Positions 40,150 through 53,375 of a stretch of 64,000 nt of DNA are shown here, in pieces. Source of the stretch: Phoronis australis. Lineage: Eukaryota; Animalia; Phoronida. Every line of letters begins with the position of its first letter. Positions within the stretch are counted from its first letter, which is position 1. The notes below the pieces were generated by a model that worked only from the letters and a program-made list of their open reading frames with translations, did not search any database and had not been told where the DNA came from. The DNA lies in NCBI GenBank assembly GCA_002633005.1, contig NMRA01001045.1:1-64000 (forward strand). The letters are read 5' to 3'. Position numbers and translations under genes: made by a program.

Positions 40150-41875
40150 AGTTCTACTCAATAACGTGGCTACGTTGCGTCCTCCTCTCGAGGACTTCAT
40201 CAGGCCACTGAGTTGTCACGTGACTGGTCATGTGATCCGTCGTACAGTTTCCGCGGGATTCACTTCAGTGTCCTATCCCATGTCCTAGGTAAGTGAAACT
40301 GCAGCACCTCTTGTCTATTGAGAATAGGATTCTCAATTCTCTCGTAGATAGCTTCTTTGACCCCTCTCCGAAACCAATTCTCTTCTCTATCCAGGATCTT
40401 CACATCTTCCATGGCGAAAGAGTGGTCTGTGGAAGCCATGTGACTAAAAACTGCAGAATCATAGCAGTCCCCATAACTGGACATCCGAAGCTGGTTGAAA
40501 CGACTTTTCAGGGTTTGTTTGGTTTCCCCAATATATGCTGCTCCACACCCCGGTTCCGAGCATGAAATGCCATACACCACATTTGATGTTTTCTCTTTGA
40601 TGGTTTTGTCTTTCACATTTAACAATTGACTCCTTATGGTGTTAACAGGTTTGAATACAACAGCAACGTCGTGTCCCCTCATATGTGATTTGATCTGGTC
40701 AGCGATCCCTGGCACAAAAGGCAATGTTACCCTGATGTTTCACCTATTGTCAGGTGGCGTGTTCTGAGGCCTGACTCTGTCATGGTTTGCCATGTGGAAT
40801 GACCACTTCGGGGGGTAGCCACATCTTTTCAGCACTGTTCGGTTGTGTTCTATTTCAAAATCAATGTCCTCTTCTGTGTTGGGGATGGTTCTTGCTCGAT
40901 AGTCCAACGTTCTAATCACGCCTACATGTAGTTTGTGAATCAACGGGTGATTGGAGTCAAACGGAAGATAGTAGCCCGTGTGAGTGGGCTTCCTAAAAAC
41001 CTTGGTCTTGATACGCTTTGTCTGTAACAGTCACTAAACAATCAAGGAACGGTAAAGAGTTGTCTCTAGATTCCTCTTGAGTAAACTTGATATTGATATC
41101 ACATTGATTGATGTGTTCGAAGAACCCTATCTCTTCAGAATTTTGAGCACTACAAAATTGTCATCTACATACCTCAGCAAGAGTCTAGGTGGAACTCCAT
41201 CAGAGGATGTTAACGCATTTCTCTCAAAGTTCTCCATGTATAAGTTCACCACAATCGGGGAAACAGGAGAGCCCATGGCACATCCATTGGACTGGATGTA
41301 GATGTTCCCGTCAAAAGAGAAGTAAGTGGACTTGAGAGTTAGCTCAGTAGCTGGCAAATGTTGTCTATCGATAGGGTTGTTCTGTCACTCAGAGTGTTAT
41401 CCTGCTGTAGGTGTTCTCTCACAACCGTCAAGGCGTCATCGTGGGGTACACATGTAAACAGGGCACTTAAATCATAGGAAGTAATGCTCTCATCTTCTTC
41501 CACCACTAGATTTTCTATGTGCCTAATGAATGACTGGGTGTTCTTTACATGGTGTCGTGACAGGCCAACGAGGGGCGAGATGATTCTCGAGATAAATTTA
41601 CCGATGTTGTGAGTGAACGAACCAATGCAGCTTACGATCGGTCGAACCGGTATGGGTTCCGGTTTATGAATTTTGGGCAACCCATAGAAAGCTGGGACCG
41701 TGGGCTCTGTTGGCGGTGATAATCGAAATTTCTCAGTGTCACTGATCACCTGTCGTTTATGCAGATCACTTACCAAACTCAAGGGTGGGGTTGTAGTTGA
41801 TCTTTTTGTACATGTATGTGTGGGCGTCTTTCAGTAGATCATAACATTTCTCCTCGTAATCACACTTACATGTAT
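40150..41875 (-). mobile_element. Penelope-like element (RT + GIY-YIG endonuclease), frameshifted and 5'-truncated
   Basis: FYGLPKIHK..PVRPIVS, SYDLSALFT, GCAMGSPVSP, RYVDD, RKPTHT..YL.FDSNHP and VVYGISC..C.AAYIGET motifs. Confidence 0.93.
40166..40208 (-). ncRNA. Minimal type-I hammerhead ribozyme motif (Penelope-associated), one core mismatch
   Basis: GTGGC-CTGATGA-AGTCCTC-GAGAG-GAGGAC-GCAAC-GTA-GCCAC: stem I GTGGC/GCCAC, stem II GTCCTC/GAGGAC, palindromic ACGT stem III. The conserved GAAA reads GCAA. Confidence 0.75.
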
Positions 41876-44800
41876 TCATCTTACCATAGGATATAAAATC
41901 GAGTTATTGTTTCACAACGGCTTCCAGTCAGCAAACACTCAATTAGCGTGCGCTCACACGGCCTCCTTCCCCGGTGTATTGCTTCTAAAGTGATTTATTC
42001 ATTGCAGGCTTCTCAAAATATGTGCACTCACGAACACTCCAAGGCACTACAAATTGTATCGAACGAGACAGACTTTGTTTCAGTTTTATATAAGAATAAT
42101 TCATTTTGAAACAGAACGCAAAATAAGAAACGTCAACGGCGCAACTCGCAATCCTGACTTAGACGAGTACTCATCCGACGTAGACTTCACAGGTCTATCG
42201 TAAGGTTTCAGTTCGAACCGGAATACACTGATAAAGAAATAATAGAGAGGCTCCGTGAACGTGTGCAGACTACGGAACACATGGATAGTTCCGAAAAGAG
42301 TGAATGACTTCGCAAGTGAAACGCCTTCTTATAAATGCGCAGATGTGTCTCACGGATCGTTCTGATTTTGCACCGCATAACTATAAACAGAGGTGTGCTT
42401 TCGACGTTTTTGGGCTGAGAAAAAGAACTGGTGAAAACATCCTACTCCCAGAGGACCAAACAGAAGCCTCACTAACGAGTCAGTCATCAAACAGGTTATG
42501 TAAAACGTTATGTTCACAAGCCTTGAATTATTGTACTTGTTTATGTTTTCATGGCCAAATACAGTTCTCAAAACCTGAACAACAACCGATACGACGAATT
42601 GCAGGCCACTGACAGACACGGAAAAAATTTCACGGTCTCATACTGGATATTAACGACGTACTTTTCATTCTTCACTACTGCGAGCCACTTCCGAAAGATT
42701 ATGGGCTCTCAAGAAAATCGTAAAAACGATATAACCGCTTTCCTTGCAGCTTCATAGTTCACACAAGCGGAAACGATACTCAACAACATAGCGCCACTCA
42801 CTCTGCAGAAGAACCGCTGACGTCGCTGAGTCGTTTATCATCTTCCTCACAGGTTTACGCGACACCTCTCGAGGAAGTGAGATGGAACGTATACGAGGTG
42901 GATATAGACCGAATTAAGTATCAGTCCACCGACCCACCGACCACAATACAACCAGCAAGCGGCAAGGTGGGGGGTCAACCAATGAGAACCTTGTTCAGTC
43001 TAATAAATGGCATTACAGATGCGAGAAATTGGGTGAAGTAGGACACCACAGAGTTTGGTGGTTTAGGGGATACAAGGGAAGTCTTCTGGGGGGCAAATGA
43101 GTCAATTTCTTGATGCGAAATGAGTCATTTTTTACTATATTTTCTACTGCAGTTTCTGCTTCAAACAGATTTTTTTCTGAATAATTTTGATATCACATGA
43201 TAGGTTCATGACCAATGTAAGCCAAAAAGGCATCAACACTAAAATATCGGTTGCCATGTTAACACTGGAACTGTTTCCGTGGAGGTACTTGCTATGCTTG
43301 TTAAAAACCAGCAGTAAGTCAAACCCTGATACCCTGAAAATAATAACACGGACATGTAGAAGAGGTTAATATGATATGTCCTTGAAATTAATACAAAGAA
43401 AGCTTTGTCAGACCTTCAGACAGGCTTGGTAATAGGTATCTGAATTTAACTATTTTTCGACCGCCCACATGTGTATTTGTCGTATTGAACCAGTCACTGG
43501 TTGTGCGCCGTTTCTACGCATTAAATGCCGTGGTATAATACATGTACAACAATTAAACGAATTGGCTTGCTTAAATGTTTGTAATTAATAATAAGGAAAC
43601 AGTTCCCATTAACATATGAAATTATACTAGATTTGTTCATCCAACTCTCTGAATACGAAACCAAAGCATACATTATGCGTTAGTTGAATGATGGCTGATC
43701 TGAAGTGCAGATTTGCGAATTTATCTATTTATGTGGCACTGCAAGTCGCATCAGTTGGAGTATTTTTACAAATTACCGAGAAAAACGACTTTTAAAACTC
43801 TTGGGAAATGCAAAAGGAATATAGCGAGACACTTGAGATCTTTAAAAGTGAGGGGACGTGAAGGAGGTGGAACGTGTCCTCCTGAGAAGTAGTCTGTCTG
43901 CCTCGGGGGCAGGTGTGCAGCTGGAGCTACATGTAGATTATCTAACGTAGTAGATTCACTTGCCCGAATCATCGTTATGACCTTTGACATATTTTGGCGT
44001 CGCTAAAGACATTGAGTACATCCACTGTACACAAGAGGGGAAATCCCACAGAGGTCTGAAAAATTACCTAAGACGTCAGTCAACGTCCTGCGTCATGCGA
44101 GCTCAGGTAGGAATCACCAAACTCCGGGGTCAGACCCTGACGAATATTTTAGGAGCACATCATTCATGCAAAAAATATTTATATTGACGCACCGTGATTG
44201 CTTTTAACTTGGACCTTATTGCTTAATCATATATTATTTCAATTGTCTTGAAATATATGCAGTGTATGTATACAACTACATAGAAAATAGGCAGGTATCA
44301 TAACTTTTTTTTCAAAAAATTACACTGATATTAAGTTGTGACTTTGCAACTAGTGAAGCTTACAAAGTTGGTTAGGCTAAAGAATGGAACGGAACTCAAA
44401 AAGTGGAGCTGATATTTGCCTAATGTGCAGTTCACAATTTTGCTCAATCACTCATCGCTGAAGTAGAAGGCAAAGTCGCACATCAAAATGCACCCTACCA
44501 AAATTGGAATAAAATGACAGGAATTTTAACATGACCCATACGTCCCCCAAATTATCCAGTTGACTTTAGGCCCTGAAGGGAAAATTGATCTGTTAACCAC
44601 GTAAAGGATTCCGGTGTTGTTTCATGCATGCTGTAGTTGCATTAGAGTTAAATTCCTGTTTACCTCATATGATTGCTAAAAAGCTGTGTATTTCTGAGTT
44701 TTAGGGTACACTAACAAAACTAATCAGTGACTGTTGTGAGGGTTTCACAATATTTATTGAAGATATTGAACCTATGGTTTCCATATCATACTTGTGCATG

Positions 44801-47310
44801 AAAGATAGTGTATGCTTTCTATGCAATGGCTTACAACACCATTACACAAGTCAGATGTTTGTTTGGAAATATGTTATGTTGAAATGGTTAACGTTTTGTG
44901 CTCATCGTGAACGTTGGCTCACGTGAAGTGCAGAATGGTATTGCTCAACTCGGGGGGTCATGTCAGCTGCCATCTACTGCTCTGTGTTATAAACAACCAG
45001 AATGGTAGTGAACTAAGTTGGGGAGATCTTGTACGGTTGTATTGGGGATTTTAGGTGGTTTTGCTAGAAATTGCATTGCAAATACATAAACAATGGCTGT
45101 TACTCGAGCACATCTGAGTAACCACCTCTATTAAGGCGCTCTTGTTTTTATTTTGTTGATCCCTATAGACTATGAGTATGAACATGCAACAAATATATTT
45201 CCAATGCAGATGACAGAATATAACTACAAATATTCAGGAATTTGCAGAAGCTGCCAGACAAATCAGGCGGACTTAATGGAATTTCGGAGTGGGTCAAAAG
45301 AAAGCGAGTTAGATTTGGAGCCCCTGGATACTACAGTAATAGAAAGTACTTGTTAAAATCTGTTACGAAATTCGTAATTGCCTAAAATCGGTCAATTGTT
45401 TTATTTTTCGATGTTATGAAGAGAAATGTAAAGCACAACTCATGTATTTCACAATGAATGCTGACACATAGGTAGTGCGGATAATTTAAATCGGTCTCAA
45501 TATTTTCTACATGTAATGTGCCATCATTCTTCTTTTATACCTTGGTCCTACTGTCAGGTACATAGAAATTCATTTAGTAAATTTTTATAGTCAAATCTGA
45601 ATGACTTATTTGTGATGCCTTCCCTTTAGCTTGGTATTCATGTTTTCTGAGCCGAAATGGCCACATTAATTTTTTTTTTCATTAATGCAATTTAAGGAAT
45701 CACGAAAGGCTTATGCTGAAGAAGTGGATTCTGCTGAAGTTGGAAACCTGCTGATTATTAGTAAAGGTTGGGTATGGAAAAGTTCAAAAACCAGCAAGAA
45801 GGTACATTTCTGGACAACTAAGTGAGGGGGCTAGAGAGATGCCGAAAAGTCTTCTCCCAGAAGATGTGAGAAACGAGTCGGGGAAAAGGTATTTGCCACA
45901 CCAGGCCCAAAGTAATTTGTTGAGATAGGTCACTCTCAGTAACTGTGGAGAAACTGGGACAATTGGATGTAGGAGATATGACAGAGGAAGTAGAGTATGC
46001 ATTGGAAAGCGGCAATCTGTGCTTTAAGATTGTCAAGAATGTAGCATTATAAAAATTCAAAGGGAGGAAACAGCACAGTGGCTGGACCTGTAAATACTCT
46101 GGCGGATCAGCTAAATCCAGTGGTGGTATTACTTTGTCAGCACAACCGTGTAGGTTTGTGTATTGTTGCAAGCTTTGTTTGCACCAGAACTGCTGTGTGA
46201 ATAGGATAAATCTAAATTTACCTACATTGAACTTTTGTCCAGCCACCGATCATGATTTTGGGCCAGTGGACTATCTTGGTACAGCCACGTGGTAATGGGT
46301 ACATTATTCTTTTTGTTTAGCCACTGGATTTTTTAGTCTGATACGATTTCTCAGTGTGGCCAACACATTTGGACGTTTGTTTTGTGATTTCTGACCATTG
46401 TACTGTTTCTTTCCTTGAAATTGTAAAATTGATCTGAATTTGTGTTTTTGCATTTTATTTGCCATTATAGATTTTTGTTTGTACATGTAACTGAGTATTT
46501 ATTACTGACATTTTAGCCCATGTTGCAGTTAGGCTCGTTGTAAACCCAAATTCCGTCCAGGAGGTAAAGTTTTAATTTAGATCATTTACCTCTATAAACT
46601 TTTCTCAATCTGTTCCTTATGCAGATGTGAAGTGATTTCTTGAATTGCAGCGAATTGACACTTTGCTATTCCTCGAGACCATACTGTGTGCATAAAATCA
46701 CACACTCTGAAACAAGCCACCTGATAGAGCCTAGTCTCTACCAAATCCATATTGCCAGTTCTTTCGAAATTCTGAAATTGTTCAAAAGTGACCAGGAAAT
46801 AATACCTATTTTATGATGGTAAGTTGTCTAAATCAAAAGTTGTTTTATGTGAAAATAGGCGGGTTTATGTACACTTCAAATGAGATTTTTGTTGCAGTAC
46901 TGAAAAGTGTTGGCACATTAGCTCTGGTAACTCCTTGGTTTTTGGTGAATTGACCATTTTATGGTTCCCCTGAGTAATTTTATAACTGGTCTAGTTGGTA
47001 TGTACAGCTGTAATCGCAAGGCAATTGTAATGCACACCATGATGCAAAAGTATTTTTCATGAGTTTGTGAAGAAGAAGAAATTTACAGTGTTGCCAGTGA
47101 CATTGCGAAATCCCTTTTTCGCAGTGAGACAACATCACCTTAAATGTAATTCCCTGACTTTATGGGTTTTGTGCGGTTGACTCTGTCCTGTAGCAATTGG
47201 AGTGTTGAAAAGATGTAGAAGGCATTTTTATTAGTGTCATAACATTTGCACTTTCGATTGTACAGTTATCTTTGCATTGTATTATGAAAACATATTTTGT
47301 AGTATACAAG

Positions 47311-50300
47311 CAAGGAGTGTACTAGTACAGGAGAGTTCACTCCGCCAGTTTACCATTCACCACAATGGTTACGGTCGAAACACTACCGCCCCAAGCGGTA
47401 AATAATCAATACTTAGTTAGGAGCGCACTCCAAACAATGTAAACACTTAATAATTCAAACTTTAATAACATTCAACGTGCAATAAAATTACTGTGTGATT
47501 GAAAATAGTTAGATTACACAAACTAACATCCACTTCCAATCGAATGAGAAAGAAAGTGTGAAAGTTAATCAATATTAAAGTGTATTTCTTTTTATTCTCT
47601 AGAAGCTTCTTTCAAAATCCATCATGGTTCTGTTTCATGTTTGAGTTCTTAACAAGGCAATTATCGTTCCTTATAACAGTTCATACCTCCATGGACTATA
47701 TAATTTGAATGATTTCTTCTGGGGGTTCAGAGGGTATTTCCCCCAGGTGCCAGCTAAGGGGGTACCTGAAACAAAAAACAGGTGGGCGCCAAATGGGTGT
47801 TGGCCCCCTCTCAGGGGGTTACATGAGAGGAGTGCTTAACAGGTAAAAACCAATGGGTATGTATGCCACATGGGTGTTGAGCCCCTCTCATTGTCACACA
47901 TTTTGGTTGCTCCCCTGACCATTGACAAACATGGTGCTCCCAATTCACTGCTGGTTTTATCTCCACCCAACAATTTCGCATGTGTTCCCTATTCAATGCA
48001 CCAGGCTACTAGCAATGCAGACAATTGTTTTGAGCAGTTGGTGTTACACAAGTGAGAAGAAGAAAGCAAGACAATTCATCAATTCCACAAAATCGTAATA
48101 CAATTTTAGAACATTCCATTATTTCTTAGACATGCCAGTATATGGTAAACTCAATCCCACTTTCCCACTCACTAACAGTTACAAGTCAGTTGCTAATCTG
48201 TAGAATAGCTCACAACTTACAACACGTTGTAACATTGAATATATCAGAACTCAAAACTGGTCAAAGTTCAAAATGACATGACAAAAATTAGAGGTACTGA
48301 ACAGCAATCAAAATATTCGCTACCCACGTAGGTTCATACAAAACTGAATTAAGAAGACTTGGATGATAAAACCAAAATTTTATTTTATATACCCAATGTT
48401 CCTATTATCAATAACAGTAAATATTTCAGGTAAGTTAAAGCCATACCACAAGATCGTATCTGATACCTAGCCACAACTGCAGCTTAAATTAATCACAATC
48501 TCCAAAAACGTACAAAATAGGCAACACATACATGTACACCAACCAATACAACTAGAAAATCTGACCAACCTTGTCACTCTCTATTAATTCCCTAGTAAAC
48601 AACAGCACTTTTCGCCAAAGAAATGCGTTATAAATAAAACTGAAAACTATTTTACTCGCAGAGGTGTTTGTCATCGAGAAGCAAAACGATACGGACAGCT
48701 TGCTTTTAACAAAATTTCAGCCCACCATTCAGACACTGAATAATCCATCAGTTTCGACTTTGGCTCTCTCCAAATCACAGGCTAACCATTCATAAAATGT
48801 TTCAATCTAATCAACCTTAGTAAAATACGAAAACCAGATTTTGACTAATTGTCCTTTCTACACGTGATGTTCCAGTACTTGCTTTGTGAGACGATAATCA
48901 GAAATGCAAAAAGTCTATTCCAGAGCTGTAACACAATTTCCGGAGAACGTTTTGACCCTGACATCTTCATTTTTGGTGGGTTCGGGACATCAAATATTGT
49001 TCGGGCACTGCAGTCAATACCAGCTTGTTATTTATTCATGAATATAGACTCCTTGAAGTGATAAAAGCATAACTTGCAGTTCTTGGACACATAGGCTGCT
49101 TCTCTATTCAGAAGGTCAGCTCCCAGTGCTTGCACCTGAACAGAAATCAATGACTGAGATACTCGGGAACAAATCTCATACTCACTAGGTTCACAGAAGA
49201 CTGGTAGCCTACACTAAAGTACACTACACTACAGAATTCCTTTGTCGTACTGTTATTGTGATAGAGACAAAAGTGTCTTGGTGTCAACTGAAAAAACTTG
49301 AAGTCAAATGTCAATCCACGGATATTTTAACAGGGCCGCGTTCCCGCATCATTGACATATAGAATTAAGTTTTCAATGACGCACTGCTTAAATTAATAGG
49401 TCAAACTGGCACATTAAAATTATGTTGATTTTTTCACCTTTTCACCGAGACCCACAGATTCTCTAACTTGACTTATAACAGACTTGTGGCCCTGAGGCTG
49501 TGATTTTGCCATGGCCGTGTCACCAGTCATATTACCCATGGCCATGGGCAAGGGTATGTTTTACTAAAATTATCCCTCCTATCGTGCGGGTGACATTTTG
49601 ATTTGGAATTAATGGATTGCAAGTATCTAAAATGCTGACGATCACATCGTACGTTAATCATAGTCCTTCCGCCGGTAGCCCGGCTGTACAGTAGACCCAG
49701 CCTACATCGCAGACAACAGTGGCGACGGGAATCGTCGGGACTGCGATCGACTTGTCTAACACCCGTGAACAGAACACACAAAATGAAAGACAATGAATCA
49801 TATTATTGAATAACAGATAATCCTTACCTTTCTGGATCCTTAGGAAACCTAAAAAATGACATGACTGGGGTTTTCGTGGATGAATTCANAATGTCAATCC
49901 ACGGATATTTTAACAGGGCCGCGTTCCCGCATCATTGACATATAGAATTAAGTTTTCAATGACGCACTGCTTAAATTAATAGGTCAAACTGGCACATTAA
50001 AATTATGTTGATTTTTTCACCTTTTCACCTAGACCCACAGATTCTCTAACTTGACTTATAACAGACTTGTGGCCCTGAGGCTGTGATTGTGCCATGGCCG
50101 TGTCACCAGTCATATTACCCATGGCCATGGGCAAAGGTATGTTTTACTAAAATTATCCCTCCTATCGTGCGGGTGACGTTTTGATTTGGAATTAATGGAT
50201 TGCAAGTATCTAAAAAGCTGACGATCACATCGTACGTTAATCATAGTCCTTCCGCCGGTAGCCCGGCTGTACAGTAGACCCAGCCTACACCGCAGACAAC

Positions 50301-50617
50301 AATGGCGACGGGACTCGTCGGGACTGCGATCGACTTGTCTAACACCGGTGAACAGAACACACAAAATGAAAGACAATGTATCATATTATTGAATAACAGA
50401 TAATCCTTACATTTCTGGATCCTTAGGAAACCTAAAAAATGACATGACTGGGGTTTTCGTGGATGAATTCATGCAATTTATCGCACTGCAAAATGCGTCC
50501 TTCCCCATTGTTTTGGTGCTTCTTAGTTGACAGTTGCTTAGTCACCTCTTGGCGGCGCTAGTAGTAGCGGTAACAGCGAACTCACAAGGGAGCTGTCCTA
50601 TTCTACTACACTCCTTG
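47311..50617 (-). mobile_element. P-element-like non-autonomous transposon retaining a spliced THAP domain
   Basis: TIRs CAAGGAGTGTA(C/G)TAG..AGGA; 7-bp TSD ATACAAG / ATA[CATGTA]CAAG. THAP exon 1 at 50508-50411 (MGKDAFCSAINC...SFFRFPKDPE); exon 2 from 49135 (CKHW..ADLL...LCFYHF...AVP.TIFDVPNPP), frameshifted. Confidence 0.7.
49307..50471. repeat. 582-bp direct duplication across an N join (likely allelic overlap, assembly artefact)
   Basis: 49307-49888 is repeated at 49890-50471, separated by a single N; about 11 substitutions counted by eye. Confidence 0.85.
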
Positions 50618-52301
50618 ATACATGTACAAGTCTCTGGTTGGTGTTTTATATCTTTTCACAAGGAATATTTTCAACGTACATGTAGACGTGTTGTCTGTTA
50701 GGTGGACAACATTCAAAAGGAACAAAATTCTCAAACTTTACTTTTTAGATGTGTAATTACTTTTGAAAAACCAGTGCAGAATTTGATGTTTGCTCGTCAA
50801 TTAAGAGAATAAATCCATAGTCTTCTTTGTCTAGAAATTTTACTCAAACTACGTAATACAGGGTTGGGAATTTATATCTTAAAACAATGGAATCTGAACC
50901 GTACCATGAGCAATACAACACAATACATGGATTAAAAAATTGGTGTTCAAGTTCCACGGAATAGATTCGTATGCGTGGTAAGATTTACTGAGGTGCATGA
51001 TACGTTTTTGTGGATACTCTGGGATTCCCCTTCTGTGGTCATCCACGGGAAACGTGGTCGCTTAAGTTATCATTGTCATTGTTCCCGTTGTTATAATAAA
51101 GATAATGACGAGCATTTATCGGAAACGGTCTGACTTACGCCCAATGTTCTATACCCATGCGACCTGTCATTGTTGTTATATCCAACAATGAAACAACAAA
51201 GAAAAACAATGATACGACCGATGGGCGGTGAACATGTGACGAGTTGCCATGGACAGTGGTGGAGTTTGTCTTGTCATCTGAATGTTTATAGATAACTCCA
51301 AACCCGGTGTTTCGTCTGCAAAATTTCTGCGGCCTTTTGTTTTAAGTCGTATGAAAAATTGTGGTTATGCCTGCCACTAAACTTATCATTCATTTGATAT
51401 TACAATGCATTGCATTAACATTTGATCAACAGAAAATCTGACTCGAATACATGTAGGTGTGAAGAAATACCCATAATGAAGTTGGCAAGCATATCAATCG
51501 TAAATCAAAATAGCCTACTTTGTCGAGTCCTACCCTGTTGACTAGGGAGGAAGTACATGTAATCGGCTGTTTTGAAAAATGGAGCAAATGTATGGTATCT
51601 AGGAGTACTATAGTCCTAGGTGGTTAGTAGAAAAACATACAAAACTTCAGGAGGAACAAACTTATTGCAAAATATCGAAAAAACATTAAGGACAGTCTGA
51701 TTTCACGTGCTCACGCAACGGTCTCAGATATTTGAAAATTTCTCATTTTAGTACTTTTGAGGTGCCAAATTGTAGAACTAATAAACTAGCTAACAAAGTT
51801 TTTATTTTAGGCAATGAAAGTAACTTTTTCTGTCAACACTTTGGCCAAGTTTCATTCTCATAGCTGTGGGGGCAGATTTGGTATAGCAGTGTATTGAACA
51901 TAACCTCAAAATGGAATGACGAGGGGCAGTGTAGTAAAACTACAAAATGAGGGTGATAAATCGGAATCGTGTTTCAAGACATCTGTGTAACAATCTATAG
52001 GCACCACTAAACAATGCCAAGTCAATAATAAATCAATAGCTTTAATTCAAGGAAAAATATAAACAGTTAAACCTGGACAGTTTTTATAACGTAAAAACAT
52101 GGCTGCGAAGCCGTAAAATGAATTTGAGCCTATAACTTAAGAAAAACGCATTATATTGAGAAAATATTTTACCGATGTTTATAGATCCCATAGGACTACC
52201 TATGTGCCAAATTTGGTGAAAATCGGCTGACCCCCACCTTGCCGCTGGATGGCTGGTGCTCTCGTGGACAAGCACTTAAACCGGGTGGAATTCTCCTTTG
52301 A

Positions 52302-52680
52302 GAGCACCAAAGTATCTGCTTATCTTTCTCAACACATTGTGTGCGGAGTCTCTAACAGGTTGTCTTTGATGGTAAAACCAAGTAAATTGAATGAACTACC
52401 TCTTTCAATTTCTTAAAATCCTTAATACATTTTGGGGGTTTATGGAAAACCATGTATTTTGATTTAGTAGCGGTTTAAGCCAGTCCATTTACATATAACA
52501 AACACTTGACTTAATTTCTCAAACTCGTCTCAAAAATACGTGACTCATTATCAGACAATGTGGTATGAATACCTTCAATAATAGTAGTATCATCAGCATA
52601 ACATATGCTCGTTCATATAAATGGTAAATAATAACGGTCCCAGTATAGACCTCTGCGCGAAGTGTTACAAGTAGTAGGTA
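52302..52680 (-). mobile_element. L2/Crack-like LINE RT part (5' half of the element at 39343-40094)
   Basis: SILGPLLFTIYMN, YADDT and RKISRYFGALN, which joins NSIKHL on the other side of the Kolobok. Confidence 0.75.
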
Positions 52681-52710
52681 TTATTGAGTTACCACTACGT
52701 TTGATTTTAA

Positions 52711-53375
52711 AGGTACATGTAAATGCGACCTGATTTAATTATTTTTGTTACCGTCCTATCCGTCTATATCCACATCACCTCATACACAGTCGATCTCACC
52801 TCGCCAAAAAGACGTCGCGTTAACCTCTGAGGAAGGTAAGTACACGGCGCAACGTCGTCAATGGTTCTTCAGCTGAGTGTGTGCCGCTATGATGTGGCGT
52901 ATTGTTCCCACTTGTGCAAACCATAAAGCTGTGAGGATTGCGGGTATATCGTTTTCTTCGATTTGCCCGAGAACCCAAAAAGCTTCAGATTTGATTTCCG
53001 GCAGTAAAGAACGAAAAGTACGCCGTTAATACGAAGTATGCGGCCGTGAAATATCTCTCAGTGTATGTGGCCGGCATTGTTCTGTTTCAAAATTAATAAT
53101 TCTCACCCAACCACCGTTTGTATAAAACTAAACTAAAGTGTCAAGGTCTTTTTTCAGGAGATAGAAATTGTAATGTCTTAGGAGTGTTCGTGAGTGCATT
53201 TTTTTAGAAATCAACAATGAGAAAATCCTACTGCGATACCAGCTTCATATGCAATAAAGCTAATTGCCCTCCGTGTGAACGCATGCTAATTCAGTGCTTG
53301 CCGACAGAAAGCTGTTGTGATAAAATAAATCGATTTTACATGCTATGGTCAGATGTTATAAATCTTTATTTAGAT
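52711..53375. mobile_element. Kolobok non-autonomous copy (inverted relative to 41880-42913)
   Basis: TTAA 52707-52710 + AGG..AATGCGACCTGATTTAATT; homologous to 862-1262 and to the reverse complement of 41880-42913. Confidence 0.65.

Larger units (their letters stand above)
42918..52275 (+). mobile_element. Second TTAA-flanked DNA transposon, probably a divergent Sola3
   Basis: TTAA at 42914-42917 and 52276-52279. Imperfect TIRs GT....GTCCAC...GCGGCAAGGTGGGGG(G)TCA. Decayed ORF CKRNIARHL..ERVLLR..CPNHRY and GICRSC resembles the N-terminus of the Sola3 ORF at 32282; also LDN and STVA..LAD..CQHN..C remnants. Confidence 0.6.
40099..52297 (+). mobile_element. Kolobok non-autonomous element (about 1.1 kb of own sequence) inflated by nested insertions
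   Basis: TTAA|AGGAGAATGCCACCC ... GGGTGGAATTCTCCT|TTGA. The internal part 41880-42913 includes a QFEPEYTDKE remnant resembling the Kolobok accessory (P2RX7-C-terminal-like) ORF. Confidence 0.7.

Noticed and set aside
46080-46200. SGG...QPCRFVYCCK read as a KDZ/Zisupton (HMGXB3-like) transposase motif
   Set aside because: Another frame of the same bases (STVA..LAD..CQHN..C), the upstream N-terminal motif and the TTAA TSD fit Sola3 better.
49527-50376. Two near-identical 88-aa ORFs as duplicated genes
   Set aside because: They lie in the intron of the THAP remnant, inside the duplication at an N join; TTG starts and no domain.
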